This document shows positions 12,647 through 26,300 of a DNA stretch of 64,000 nt, piece by piece. Source of the DNA: Raja brachyura. Taxonomy: Eukaryota. The notes under the pieces are model-generated. The model searched no databases, had not been told where the DNA came from, and saw only the letters and a program-made list of their open reading frames with translations. The stretch's first letter is position 1, and the number at the start of each line of letters is the position of its first letter. The stretch covers positions 26,226,001 through 26,290,000 of the forward strand of contig OY740809.1 in the NCBI GenBank assembly GCA_963514005.1, given 5' to 3'. The translations under genes and the position numbers were made by a program.

Positions 12647-14252
12647 ACTAAAATAAGTAAACTTGTTCCCAACGTATCACCTATCTATGATAAATGCCAG
12701 TCTCAAGAAGCTACTATAGCGCACTCATTTGTTTTTTGTATAAAAATCCAAAAATTTTGGACTGACATTTTTGAAATTGTTACAAAATTATTTTAAATAA
12801 AACTGACACCAAATGCAGAATGGATTATCTTTGGAACAACAGAAGGAAGCCTTGAATTTTACTTCGGAGTCACGTGAGTGACTACGTGAAGAAGCCCCGC
12901 CAGGCGCATGTTCGGCATTACGTCGACGTATGTGGCACCGACAGGGTGGAGGGTGCTGCTCCCGCCAGCGGTAAGTTTAACCTGCAGGTAAGTAAGTGTT
13001 GAACTTTTTGCGAGTGTTTTTTAAACTCTGTAAGTCTGCAGAGCCAGCTAGAGTGTGTTTGTATTTTGGGATTTTTTTTTTTTAAACTCTGTAAATCTGG
13101 CTTGAAAATACGGAGCCAGCTGGAGTATAAGTATTTTTAAACTGCAGTAATTGAATGGAACCGCAGTTTCCGATTTAGATTGGATCGGGAGATAAGGCTG
13201 ATTTAAAAGCCAGTTCCCGCTATTTAGATCGGGTTTGGAGATAACGGCTGCGCTAAATGTCGGCTCCAAGTACCCACAATTGTAAAATAAAGTCTGCTCT
13301 GTATATATGTTACCAGATGCAGTTTTCCTTTATGGAAATGTATATAACCCTGTGTGATACTGAGGTTAATACAAATATTCTGCAAGCAGAATGTGCCTCT
13401 CAGAATTATATTTTTAAACATATATGATTTATGCACAAATACAAAACAGTAAAGAAAGATAACTCTCCACCAAGGGAGGACAAGAATGAGGGGAAGGCTG
13501 AAAATGGAGAAAATGCTCCACACTTGATTTAGTCAAGGGTTCTAAGACCCATGTATGCCTTCCTGTAAAGCAAGCTCCAAAGGAGTTTCCATACGCTGAG
13601 TATGGTGCCTATGAAAATGGAATTCTGATTCTCCAGTACCTTGGTTAGGTATTGATGAGGTTCCTAGAGCAAGATAAAATGCTCAAAACTCTAATCAGTC
13701 AAGGGTTCTAAAGACCCATGAGATTCTAAGGCAGGCTCCGTGGGAGTTTCCAAACACCAAGTATGGTGCCTATAAAGAATGAGAATCTCATTCACCAGTG
13801 CCTTGCATAGGTCTGGATGAAGTCCTTAGAGCAAGATAAAATGCTCAAAAATCTAAACAATTAAGGGTTTTAAGACCCATGAGATTCTAAGGCAGGCTCC
13901 GAAGGAGTTTCCATACATTAAGTATGGTGCCTATGAAGAATGAGAATCTCATTCACGTGATGTTTATAATAAAGCAACCGTCCTTTCCTTTTTTCTTCTT
14001 TCTCTCTCTTCTTTTCTAGGGTCTATATCTTAATTATCTTTTTCTAATTGCTCGACTAAGGGTTCTTTCTTCGTTCCCTTTGTCACGCTTCTTCATTTTC
14101 ACAATTCTCTCTCACTTTCTCTACTTTCTCTATTTCTATCCTTTTTTTTAATAGCTTTAAAAAACTAAGGGGTACAATAATTGTAATAATATATACGGGA
14201 CGTACACTGGTGTAATTTACTGTACCTCTAATAAATACAAATTTAAAAAAAA
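12647..14252 (+). mobile_element. L1-type LINE 3' end inserted into an old CR1 and itself interrupted by a DIRS-like element
   Basis: Cys-rich C-terminus SPIYDKCQSQEATIAHSFVFCIKIQKFWTDIF; AATAAA plus A tail at ~14230-14252; TSD gaaaag(a/g)g(c/a)gctgaat at 12631-12646 and 14253-14268. Confidence 0.7.
12859..13960 (+). mobile_element. DIRS-like (tyrosine recombinase retrotransposon) terminal fragment with an internal ~165-bp tandem repeat
   Basis: Terminus tttacttcggagtcacgtgagtgactacgtgaaga, recalled as a DIRS-type terminus; repeat units start near 13531, 13697 and 13860. Confidence 0.5.
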
Positions 14253-15139
14253 GAAAAGGGAGCTGAATGAATATCCAAAAGGAAAGAATTTGAGAGAGGG
14301 TCTAGCCTCATTGCCCTAACATACAGCTGGTTTGGACACAGTGGGCCAAATAGCATCCTTCTGTGCTCCAAAAATTCTGTTTTTCTTTAATTGCTCCTGC
14401 TTTCCGTTCCATTAGACTATTTTTCACTTTTTTTTTGCATTTTGCTCTAACCTTTCTCAGATGACAAAAGATCTGTTTTTCTCTCTCCATTCTCTTTATT
14501 TCACATTTTAAATATTTGCGATTATTTTGTGTTGGAGTATTGCCAGACTACTTAATTACGGAGAACAGTGCAGATTGAACATTATGCTTTCCTCACCCGG
14601 ACTGAATATTTTGTTTAATGTGACCATACACAGTCTCCTGTTTTACCCATCATCATTTAAAGCAGGACATCGAGTCAGGCAGAACAGTGGGCAGCAAAAG
14701 TAAGATTTTGCAGAAAAGTGTTACAGATTTCCAGAAGAAAATACTAAATTGAAGCTAAGAAAAGAAAATCTTGATGTGACAATATTAAAAAAAACACCAG
14801 ATAGTTGGGGTTGTGATTTTTTTTCTGCAGCATAGTATTATCATTCTGAATGTTGATATTAGATAATTTTGATAAGGATTCCATTGGAAATTAATTTAAA
14901 CTCTGAAACTGGTCCAATATTCAATCAACTTTGTTTAGGCTATATTTCACCCCACTCCCGCAAACCCTTACATCAAGCATTAAATTATGCGTGACGTTTA
15001 ATGTACAAATATAAACAAAGATCAAATTGCCCTATTTAATTTCAGCTGTCTACTTTAATTATTACAAAGATCGCCTATAGTAGAAGTGTTGGCAGTTTTC
15101 ATAAATGGAAGTTCATTATATTCCAAAATCTGATTTTTA

Positions 15140-15544
<405 letters not shown>

Positions 15545-16295
15545 CTAAGAAGATATTTATGCTGCTCAGCCTCTCAGTGCTCTATTCTATTTTTCAGTAA
15601 ATATTTATTTTGTTGCTGTGGAAGTACACTAGCTCTGTATTCCTTTCATAGGATACTCAAATATTTTGAGACTCTCAAACAGGCAGTTTGAAATTATCAG
15701 CTGAAGAAACTTTAATCTGTTTTCATCCCAGGGCTACCTTGTGAATGTCAAATTTAAATGGGTCCTATCCTGTTCAGCAAAAGGCAATTGATGAAAATGC
15801 ATAGAACTGCTCATGAATGTAGATATTTTTCATGCAATTTTGAGTGGACTATACAACACCTTGTAGCTCCTTTTCCATTCACTGAGCACCATTGCTGACC
15901 TGTTTCCTTCAGAACATTTCCCGAACCCCATATATTTTGATTCTCCAAATATCTAAAAAATGGTCAAACTCTATTGCAAATACACACAACTAGTTATTGC
16001 TTTGGTGGCAAATATAGGATTGTGCAATTCACTTGTTATTGTGTGGTCAAAGTAAATTGGAAAACTACAATGTAAATGCATTAAAATTAGATTTAAATGA
16101 TTAAAGACTGCTTCAATGATACTGAAATCCTTCCATTTTTATTCCAGTAAAGAAATGAAAAGTAAGAGTATCGGGAGAATAATGAAGAGAATAATGTTTG
16201 AGCTGAAATGCAAGTATATTTCACTTCTCAATCCAGGAACCATTTTAAAATATAAATACAAATACTGTTGATTAGGTCATCCTTCTTGTGGATCA

Positions 16296-16481
<186 letters not shown>

Positions 16482-16856
16482 TTAAACAGTTGAGCAATAT
16501 TTAGTGAAGTTCAAAGGTCACATGTCCCATGATCCATTGAATATGAATATCACCTATTATTTTCTTGAAAATAATTATGGATATTTTGTTTGCAACATTT
16601 TAATATCTCTCATTCTTCTTCATGATCTAACATTTTTATATCCTTCCTCAAGTAATCTATGAAGTACCATGAATCAGAAACAGGTCAGAAAAGATAAAAA
16701 AATAAATCCTCCTAAATTGCTTCAGCCACTCCAGTACTCCCTGAAAACTGCTGAATAGTTGGTTTCAGGATTTAGACCCTGCAATGATGAAAGAAGAGCT
16801 ACACATTTCTAGATCAGGATGGTGTGTAATATGGAGGAAGCACACAATTGATATTG

Positions 16857-17078
16857 GGGGTTACACAAAAAGCTGGAGAAACTCAGCGGGTGCAGCAGCA
16901 TCTAAGGAGCGAAGGAGATAGGCAACGTTTCGGGTCGAGACCCTTCTTCAGACTGAAGAAGGGTCTCGACCCGAAACGTCGCCTATCTCCTTCGCTCCTT
17001 AGATGCTGCTGCACCCGCTGAGTTTCTCCAGCTTTTTGTGTAACCCTCGATTCTCCAGCATCTGCAGTTCCTTCTTTA
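16857..17078. mobile_element. Non-autonomous Penelope-derived element, head-to-head palindrome with two hammerhead cores
   Basis: 94-bp inverted arms centred on 16952 (1 mismatch); 15-bp TSD acacaattgatattg at 16842-16856 and 17079-17093. Confidence 0.85.
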
Positions 17079-18308
17079 ACACAATTGATATTGCTTGCAT
17101 AACATTGTGGCCCTTGTCCCCCCTGGGGATTAGAGGTCATGGTTTGACAGGTGCTGCTGATGTAGACTAAGGAAGCAACTTACTGAAGCAAATGTGGATC
17201 GCACACTCTACAGAACAACAGTATTGGAGGGAATCAATATTAACATTGTTGCCATTCAAGCCAGCTGCGTGGTCTTGGATGGTGTTCAGCACCTTGAGAG
17301 ATGAAGTGCGCACATCAATACAAGTGAGAAGTATTTCACCATGTTCCTGGCCTATAGCTTGTTAATTGTGAGTTTGGGATGTCACTCATTACAAGATACC
17401 CAGATTCTGAACTACTCTTACAAATAACCAAAACATGAGATGAAACTGAGCAAATCAGACATCAGTACGTTGAAGCTTATAAGAATGATAGGTGACCTCA
17501 CTGATTCAAATGTAAATTCTTTATAGATAAATATTGGGGTGATGTTCTCCCAAAATGGAACTATGAATCATGACCTTAAATTTTAGGACCAGCTACTTGA
17601 AATGTTTTCACCTAGAGGGTTGTGACCTCTGGTATTCTCTGAGGACCCATGGATGCTTAGTTTTTGAGTATACTGAAGTCATGTGGAAAATGTTTTGGAC
17701 ATTAAGAGAATGAGAAAGAAATGAAGAAGCTCTGGGTACGCCAATTTGAGGTAGAATGTAAGCTGTAATCTGACTGAAAGGTGGAGCAAGCAAAGGGTTC
17801 CCCAAGTTCCTATATTCCCGAGTAAAAATACATCGTTATAAAATCTTACAACTTCCAATTACTAATGAAAACCATTGGTAAATCCCATAAAAAATAAACA
17901 TGCTGCATAACACTACTTTCTACAGTTACGTCTGTTAAGCCATACCACTCGTGTTGATCTCTCTGCAGCATTCTAAAGTAAGATATGTTCCATTTTAACA
18001 CAAACTAGGGCATCATTCAAAAAACAAAGCTTCATTTGCAATGCAGCCATCCTGCACTTAATTTTCAGATCTTTGTTGATTAATTATTCCTTTAAAGAGG
18101 AGTTTATTTCCAGCACAATTCCAATACATAAAAAGATATTTCAAAATGTGTTTAAAGAAAATCTGGTCCAAGCATTGCAACTAAGTAATACATTTTAATG
18201 TGTTTTTTTAATAAATAAAAGTGCTTAGAATCAACAACTACTATGATTTTCCAAAGTGTGATGGACCAAAAATCTTGCTAGGAGATTGACAGCCAAAAGT
18301 GGGCTGAA

Positions 18309-18403
18309 AGGTCTGAAGAAGGATTTTGGCACAAAACGTTGCCTATTTCCTTCGCTCCATAGATGCTGCTGCACCCGCACTTTCTCCAGCACTTTGGTCT
18401 ACC
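18309..18403 (+). mobile_element. Penelope-derived short element, degenerate hammerhead
   Basis: aggtCTGAAGAaggattttggcacaaaacgttgcctatttccttcgctccatagatgctgc. Confidence 0.65.
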
Positions 18404-18829
18404 TCTGAAAATCTCACTAACTGACACTTATTTCCATTTTTATGCTTTGATTAGGAAAAAAAGAAATGGTGCTGGCTTTTAAACTACTTCCACTTTTAAA
18501 AATGCAATTATCAAAAATGTTGAAAGATCCATTAGACTTAAAGCAAAAGAACAGCACTATTTTAAAATGGTAAAAATGCAAAGTATAAGAATGAAATTAA
18601 AAAAATTAAAATCGTTGGGAAAAATGAAAGTAAAAAAGGGCAACAAAAAAATACATCAAATGGCCCAAATTAAGACATTAACATGTCAAAATAGCACAAT
18701 GCAAAACACTGCAATTATTTTTGTTAATTTTACTTCTGTGGATATGTAAAATAGGTAAATTTAAAATAAGCTATCAACTTGCAAATAGATTAAAACGTGA
18801 TTTAAATACCTACAGATTCAGAATACTCA

Positions 18830-18988
<159 letters not shown>

Positions 18989-20438
18989 TTACAATAAACT
19001 ATTCATGTGCTTTTGGTACAAACTAACTATTGCAGGCATGTTGACAAAAACACAGGCGTTGGAAAAGCATTGGAACACTACCAAATGTTTGAATTTGCCT
19101 CCAGTAAATTGTACTTGGTATATTTCAAATAACAATGAGACAGGATATCTTGAGGCACATGGTAATTTTAAATCAGACAGAATCGCAAGATTAAGTTTTA
19201 ACAAAAATATTGGCAAAGGTTATGTGAAGCGCAAATAAAGACCATAAGGCAAATGGGAATATAATTAACAAAGCAGCAAAAATGAAACTTGTTGGTCAAT
19301 GAGATTAATCAATTGAGAAAGAATTAAAAAAGGAGAGATGGTGAATTTAGTTTCAGATCATTGCAACTTAAGCACGTGATCCCATGCTTACAGTTTACTT
19401 TGGAAAGGGTTTCCACATATATCACATTTTACAGACACAGCAGATTTCAAATAACACTACAGCCAAGGCATTTAAGTGCAGATAATGCTGCATGATAGCA
19501 AGCAAGGCAGCTCACTTTGCAAAGAGCATGCTCTTATAAACAACAATATGATAATACTCAATTCATGTTTTTTGTGGTTTGAGTAAGAGATAAACGTTGA
19601 CCAACACTCCAATTTAGTGCTACGGTATAAGGCACACAAGAAAGCAGACAGGTCTCAGTAACAAAGGTGGTCAAAGGATGAAGGTGCATGGGAACATCAT
19701 CAAAATAAGTCTCCATCCAACTTGCATACTCTGACATTGTTACAAGATCTAAATTCCAGAATCCTTCATCCAACAGCACAGCAGGTGCATGTTCACCAGG
19801 ACCATGGCGATTCAAAGTGGGTCACTGCCACCTGCTCAAGGGCAGTTAAAAATGAACAATAAACGCTGATCTTACCAGCAATACCCGTATTCCAAAAAGG
19901 ATAAATAGCAATGATGATAAGCAATTTGTATGTCAAACCAATTCAGAATCAACATAGTACACCACGATAAATAATAGGTGATTAAAGTGCAACAGTAGAA
20001 CACAATACTAGTTCAAATCTAGTAGGACTCAACCCCATGGCACAATACGTATAAATGCTAGTCTTTACTACACAAGCTCTGTTTAATGGGCAATCATGTA
20101 GAAATGTCTCAACATCATGAAAATTCACTGGGAGATAAGCTGCAAGATGCTCATTTCTGATGAAGGTAATGGTGGAGGCACAAATGGATAACAAATAAAG
20201 TTGCATTTCATGATTCCCTGGCTCCCTCTTTTTCTACCACTTTTTTTTGTATTTTGTATAACTGCTCCTATTTCTTTAACAAATCTGGCTACAGACAGAA
20301 TAGGTGTTTCTCTAACCTAATGTTTTTATATTACTGTTATTTAACTTCTACAGTGCCAGAAGTTTCCTGGTGTGGCTTTCTAAGGATGTTCTCAACCTCC
20401 AAAACATTCAAAGCTACAAGGAAATCAATCCATGATTA

Positions 20439-20681
<243 letters not shown>

Positions 20682-20824
20682 TCAATAGTTTTCCAACCAA
20701 AGCTAAAGTTAACAGGCTCACTCACAAAATAGAAACAGGTTGTATTGTTTAATAAGATGATGTTCTGCTCCTTGAATGACAACTCATTTCTCTTGACAGT
20801 GTATGATTCTGACCAGCAAACACA

Positions 20825-21080
20825 GTTCAGTTTAGTTTATTGTCACATTTAAGAGGTACAGTGGAAAACTTTTGTTGCATGCTAACCAGTCAGCACAAAG
20901 ACAATAAATAATTACCATCGATCCATTTACAGTGTATAGATACATTATAAGGAAATAACGTTTACTGCAAGGTAAAGCCAGCAAAGTCTGATCAAGGATC
21001 TGTGGGTCACAAAATAGGTAGATAGTAGTTCAGCAATGTTCTCTGGTTGTGGTAGGCTGATTCAGTTGCCTGATAAGCTA
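20825..21080 (-). mobile_element. Rex1-like 3' tail fragment (related copies at ~1130-1220, 57180-57575 and 62985-63050)
   Basis: agtttagtttattgtcac...ggtacagtg..aa.ctttt gttgc.tgctaaccagtcagc shared among the copies. Confidence 0.6.
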
Positions 21081-22753
21081 AAATATTGTTTCAATCATGA
21101 AAGAAAGTTTCCTTCCCAGACGCTTTGACAATATTAACAAACTCACTGTTCAAGCGACGAAACAAGATGAATAATTCTTGTTCTTGGTCTTTACTAAAAA
21201 TAAGTTGCATGGATCTGGCACTAAGTTGCCTGATGGATTCATACCGAAGTTCACTTCAGAAAATTAGTAGTGTTAACATAATCAACTGGCAGACAATTAA
21301 CACATTACAAAATACGATAGTGCAAAATTTTATCTGGTTACGGTACACGATTGCTTGACAAACGCAGAGCAGATTTGATATGCAGAAGAGCCTTGCTTAA
21401 TGCCATCATGATTCAATGAATTTAATTTTTGATTCCTCAGTAATTAACTCTCATTTCTGAAAGCATACGAGTACATGGAGCAGATATGGAATGCTGTTTA
21501 GACAATAACTGAATTGTGGTGAACAATAATGTTCTTATCCTATAACATAGACATACATTCTGTCTTTGTCATAAAATGCTACATAAATCGTAGAAAATGG
21601 ATATAAAACATTATTTAAATGCAGAATAAAATGTGTTAAGTTTAATGGCTATAACCTCTTGTGACATTCCTCTTCTATATATTATATCATACCTAAAGTT
21701 CAATATAGGAAGAGGAAATTTCAAACCACTTGGTGCACGTACAACTGTGAAATAAAATTTCTCAACCAGTCCGTATTATTATGTTTCAAAAAATGGAGTT
21801 AATAGTAATTTGTGAGTTGATATTGCAGTTTGAATAGTTCAACAATGCAAGGAAATTTAAAACATGAGACCTACAGTAACTAAAGTGCCATTTAAAACCG
21901 AAAAGCAAAATACATTACAGATAAGTTTCAAAATCAATTAACTACAATGACAGGAGCAAACTAAGCAGATGAAATTCATCTCCATTGCTAACTTTCATCT
22001 TTTGATTCACATATTTTAGACACGGCCAGTTCTTTTTTTTAAATAAAATCGCCAAGGTCTGTGAAAGTCAGCAAAATTAATATTTGCACATATTGTTAAG
22101 CATGGCAGTGGAGCTAGTTAAGCCATTACCTCACAGCACCAGAAACTCAGGTTTAATCTGATCTTGCATGTTGTCTGTGAGGTTTTCATGTTTTCCCCAT
22201 TGACCACATACATTTCCTCCACATTCCAAAGATGTGTGGTCTAGTACACTAATTGACCTCTGTAAAATTACCCCATGTGTGTCGGTGAGTGGTAGAATCT
22301 GTGGGTTGATGTGGCAGTTTGAATAGTTCAACAATTCAAGGAAATTTAAAACATGAGACTTCACTAAAGTGCCATTTAAGACCACAAAGCGAAATACATT
22401 ACAAATACGTTTAAAAATCAATGAACAAGAGCAAACTAAGCAGATGAAATTCATCTCCCATGTAGTTAATTTCCTGCTAACCCTGCACAGATTTATGTTA
22501 TCCAGATCAAGTTTGGCTCATCAGCTTAATAATGTATAAAGCTCCCATGTACGTTCCGTTACATTGGTGAGAGAGAGAGGGGGGGGAAAGAGAGAAAAAG
22601 AACAAATACAATTGTATTTCAGCATTTTGTTCCATTTATACACTTAATGTGATTAGACCAAGAATCTGTGCTTCACTTCACCCAAAATAAACAGAAAAGA
22701 GCAGTCATGCATTATAATCCAGAACCACAATTGGCCTTTAAAAGGTCAACAAG

Positions 22754-23420
22754 TGTATGGTTCCATGAAGGTCGAGTCGCAGGTAGATAAGGTGGTCAAA
22801 AAGGCTTTTGACACTTTGGCTTTCATCAGCCAGAGTATTGAGTATCGAAGTTGGGAAGTCAAGTTGCAGTTGTATAAGACGTTGGTGAGATCGCATTTAG
22901 AATATTGTTCAGTTCTGGATACCATGTTATAGGAAAGATATTGTCAAGCTTGAAAGGGTTCAGAAAAGATTTACGAGGATGTTGCCAGGACTAGCGGGTG
23001 TGAGCTATAGGGAGTGGTTGAGTAGGTGCGCTCTACATTCCATGGAGTGTAGGAGGATGAGGGGAGATCTTAGAGGTATACAAAATCACATGAGGAATAG
23101 ATCGGGTAGATGCACTGAGTCTTTTATCCAGAATAGGGGAATTGAGGACAAGAGGACATAGGTTCAAGGTGAAGGGGAAAAGATTTAATAGGAATCTGAG
23201 GGGTAACTTTTTTTACACAGAGGGTGTTGGGTGTATGGAACAAGCTGCCAGAGGACATAGTTGAGGCTGGGACTATCCCATCGTTTAAGAAACAGTTGGA
23301 CAGGTACATGGATAGACAGGATTGGAGAGTTATGGACCAAGCGCAGGCAAGTGGGACTAGGGTAGCTGGGACATTGTTGCCCGATGATGGCGAGTCAGGC
23401 CGAAGGGCCTGTTTCCACTC
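22754..23420 (+). mobile_element. CR1 LINE 3' fragment
   Basis: MLPGL..SYRE, VWNKLPEDIVEAGTIPSFKKQLDRYMD; 3'UTR ggccgaagggcctgtttcc. Confidence 0.85.
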
Positions 23421-26120
23421 TGTCTTACTATATGTACGCAAAACGCGGGAACATGCTGCTGTTATAAATGATATATTTTGCATGAGCAACCAGGATGAAT
23501 TTCTACTCAAACTTTTAATAAACATTTTGAACCCTTTAGTTTTTACATTCAAGACTTCTCTTCTTTAAAGAAGTCAAATAATATCATAGCAGGTAAATAT
23601 TTTTTCTTGCATGATCACAGTATAGTTAGTACTACCAATCCCTTCGAATATTTTATGAGAATGAAAGCTAAACCCCAAGAAAATACACATACACGTCCCG
23701 ACAGTTTTAGTTTCAACTGGCAGCTTCCACGGACTGCGGGAATTAGCAGCCTTGTATTTTTCAGTAATTGAATATTAACTGTTTTGTAATTTGCTAGGCT
23801 TTCTGTAACTCCTAGTGAAGAATATGTTTAAGCAGTATTTTATTTTATATGCACACTGAAGGCTACAATGCAAAATTAAAGGATGATACACAGACATTTC
23901 ACAAAAGCACCATCGATAGACAACATAACTTCTTTTGTACTTCATTGCGGGCTATTTTTAGCAAGTAGTCTTTTAAAGGCATGTGCTGGCTAAAAAGCTG
24001 AATCGACATTACACAAGCCACATGGCATGAGCCCATCTGCTTTCCTAAAGTTCAACCAAAATAAAATCTCAATGGAGGGACGACTATTTCAGTAACTGAT
24101 TTTGAATCATGAATATTTAAACACATTATGGCTTTTAGAAGATGTATTTAACTCTATAAAATTCTATGCTTTTGAAAGTGATTGCAATACATGCCTTAAA
24201 ATTGCATTCACATTTTCACAACTACATTTATTTTCCAAATTACTGTATAAGTATTAAGTTTTTAAAGTGCCTATTAAAGCTGTTATTTTTTTTTAAATCA
24301 GCTCATGATATTTAAATTCAGCACATTACTTCATCGTTCTGGCATTTTTTCTGGTTCTCAGAAAATTCTGCACTGCACAATCTCTGCCGGGAAGCTTCTA
24401 CATCCACTCTGGGATTCAACTCCATTTAATTATTTCAACATCTAGGATAAAATAATTTTTCCTCAAAAATTCAAAGTTTATCACAACCATATTTGACACA
24501 TAGTTCACACTTAAAATTAAAGCAATTGCAAAGATAAATGTTTTAAATTGCCTCAAAGGTGAAGAACAGGAAATGTCACCATTTGCATGTTCCCTTCTAA
24601 GTCACACACCAGCCATCATAAATTGTCAACAAAGCACCTTTCAGCATCCAATTTAAAATCCTGAAACACTTCACTTGACAACACTGCAGGTTACCAAAGG
24701 CTACAGCAATTAAAATACCTGGCTCACTGATACTTTCTGTTAATTATTAGGAATGGGCATTGAATACCTACCCTGATAATGTCCTATGAATATAATTTAA
24801 AATGACCTAAAATATAAACATGCAATGACAAAAAAAATCAGTTTATTTTGTGAAACAGACTAAAATGTATGTTTGATGGATAGTACATAGCCATAATCAA
24901 AACAGCCATTCCTTCCCTGCCTGAAATATCGCCTAACAATGTTCTCCAGTGATGTTGCCTTTTTTTGTATAAATCAGAATCTGCAGTTCCTTGTATCTCA
25001 TATGTCCTTGAACTATTAATGACATTCTGAACAGAGCTATGTCAAAGGAACTTTTCTGAAAATGACATCAACGTGCTGCTAAAATTGCATGCAGCTTCTG
25101 GAAGAAACATGGTATCTCTTTCTTAAGCACTGTAGTTAAAAAAATTGTTAAAAAGTTCACAGAAATTGTTACTTTTGTAAACAAATTTATTTTCTGACAT
25201 TTATTGTTAGCACATCACTTCAGCTTTCTTGCAATTATAGCATTTCTTGGTTGCTTTCTGCATATTCCTCCACTCCCTGATTATTTTTACTAGTTTGTGC
25301 GTAGAGGCTATATCCAGTTTCAAGTATTTAATGCCAATGGTACAAACATTTATAATGCCTTCATCATAATAAAATGGATAACATACTTTGATTTTACCGT
25401 GGCATGCCTAAATGAGTTTATGTTAATAATATCAAAAAAAACAAAGCAGATGATGATATAAAATTATAAAACAGCAGGAAAAATGACAATTTTTGCCTAT
25501 TAATAATATACCCAGTAAAGCGCTACAAGGACCTGGAAAATTGACAGCAATTATAGCCTGTGTAAAATGACAAAAGTAAAAATTAAAATCATCTGGGTGT
25601 CTTTCACTTATAGGTGAATTGTTAGATTATAGTAAATATACTTTGATTCCAAGCATGTGCCACAATTGTGTAAAGAGAATGAGGTTAATTTCTGTAAACC
25701 ACCAAGTCCACTGCACCTGATGTGTGACAGTACTGCTCTCGCTGGTGTTATATAGATGTAATAGAAACTTGAAATTGAAATTCTATGATAGGTATGGCAA
25801 CAGTATATTTAGAAATTTATTTTTTCAATAATACCCATCATTAAAGTGACATTGTTGCAGCAAAAACTAACTAATGGCTTCCAAGCATGCTCAATTGTGC
25901 TGGCTATCCAGGATGGCAGCAGCATTCCTTTAAATATCACTTGGCAGAAAGTGGATACAAAAAATTCATAAAATACCTTGCATAAATCAAGTGACAAGAA
26001 AAGTCTTCATTAAAGGAGAGTGGAAAAAAAGGGATACTTGAAGATTGAACGTTGAGCATATTAGAATACTGCTTCATACTTCAATATGGATAATGTGTAA
26101 GTGTTCGAGTTGCTTCTTAC

Positions 26121-26300
26121 CATGCGTGTAGATTGATGGTGGTTGGACATTTATTTCTGAATAAGATTAAGGAGGATTCCGATTGGCTGAGAACTGTGGT
26201 TAAGCCCCCGACAGTTGCACAGTTTCGCTCAGCATCAGAACCTTTCATTGTTTTGTATTAGAGCTGGTGCTGTGATGTCAGGAGGATCACAGAACAACAA
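26121..26300 (-). other. Candidate poison (NMD) cassette exon in pabpc4 intron 1
   Basis: Acceptor tctttttcag|, donor ATG|gtaaga; 180 bp; read in exon-1 phase gives G|TT GTT GTT CTG TGA. Confidence 0.55.
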
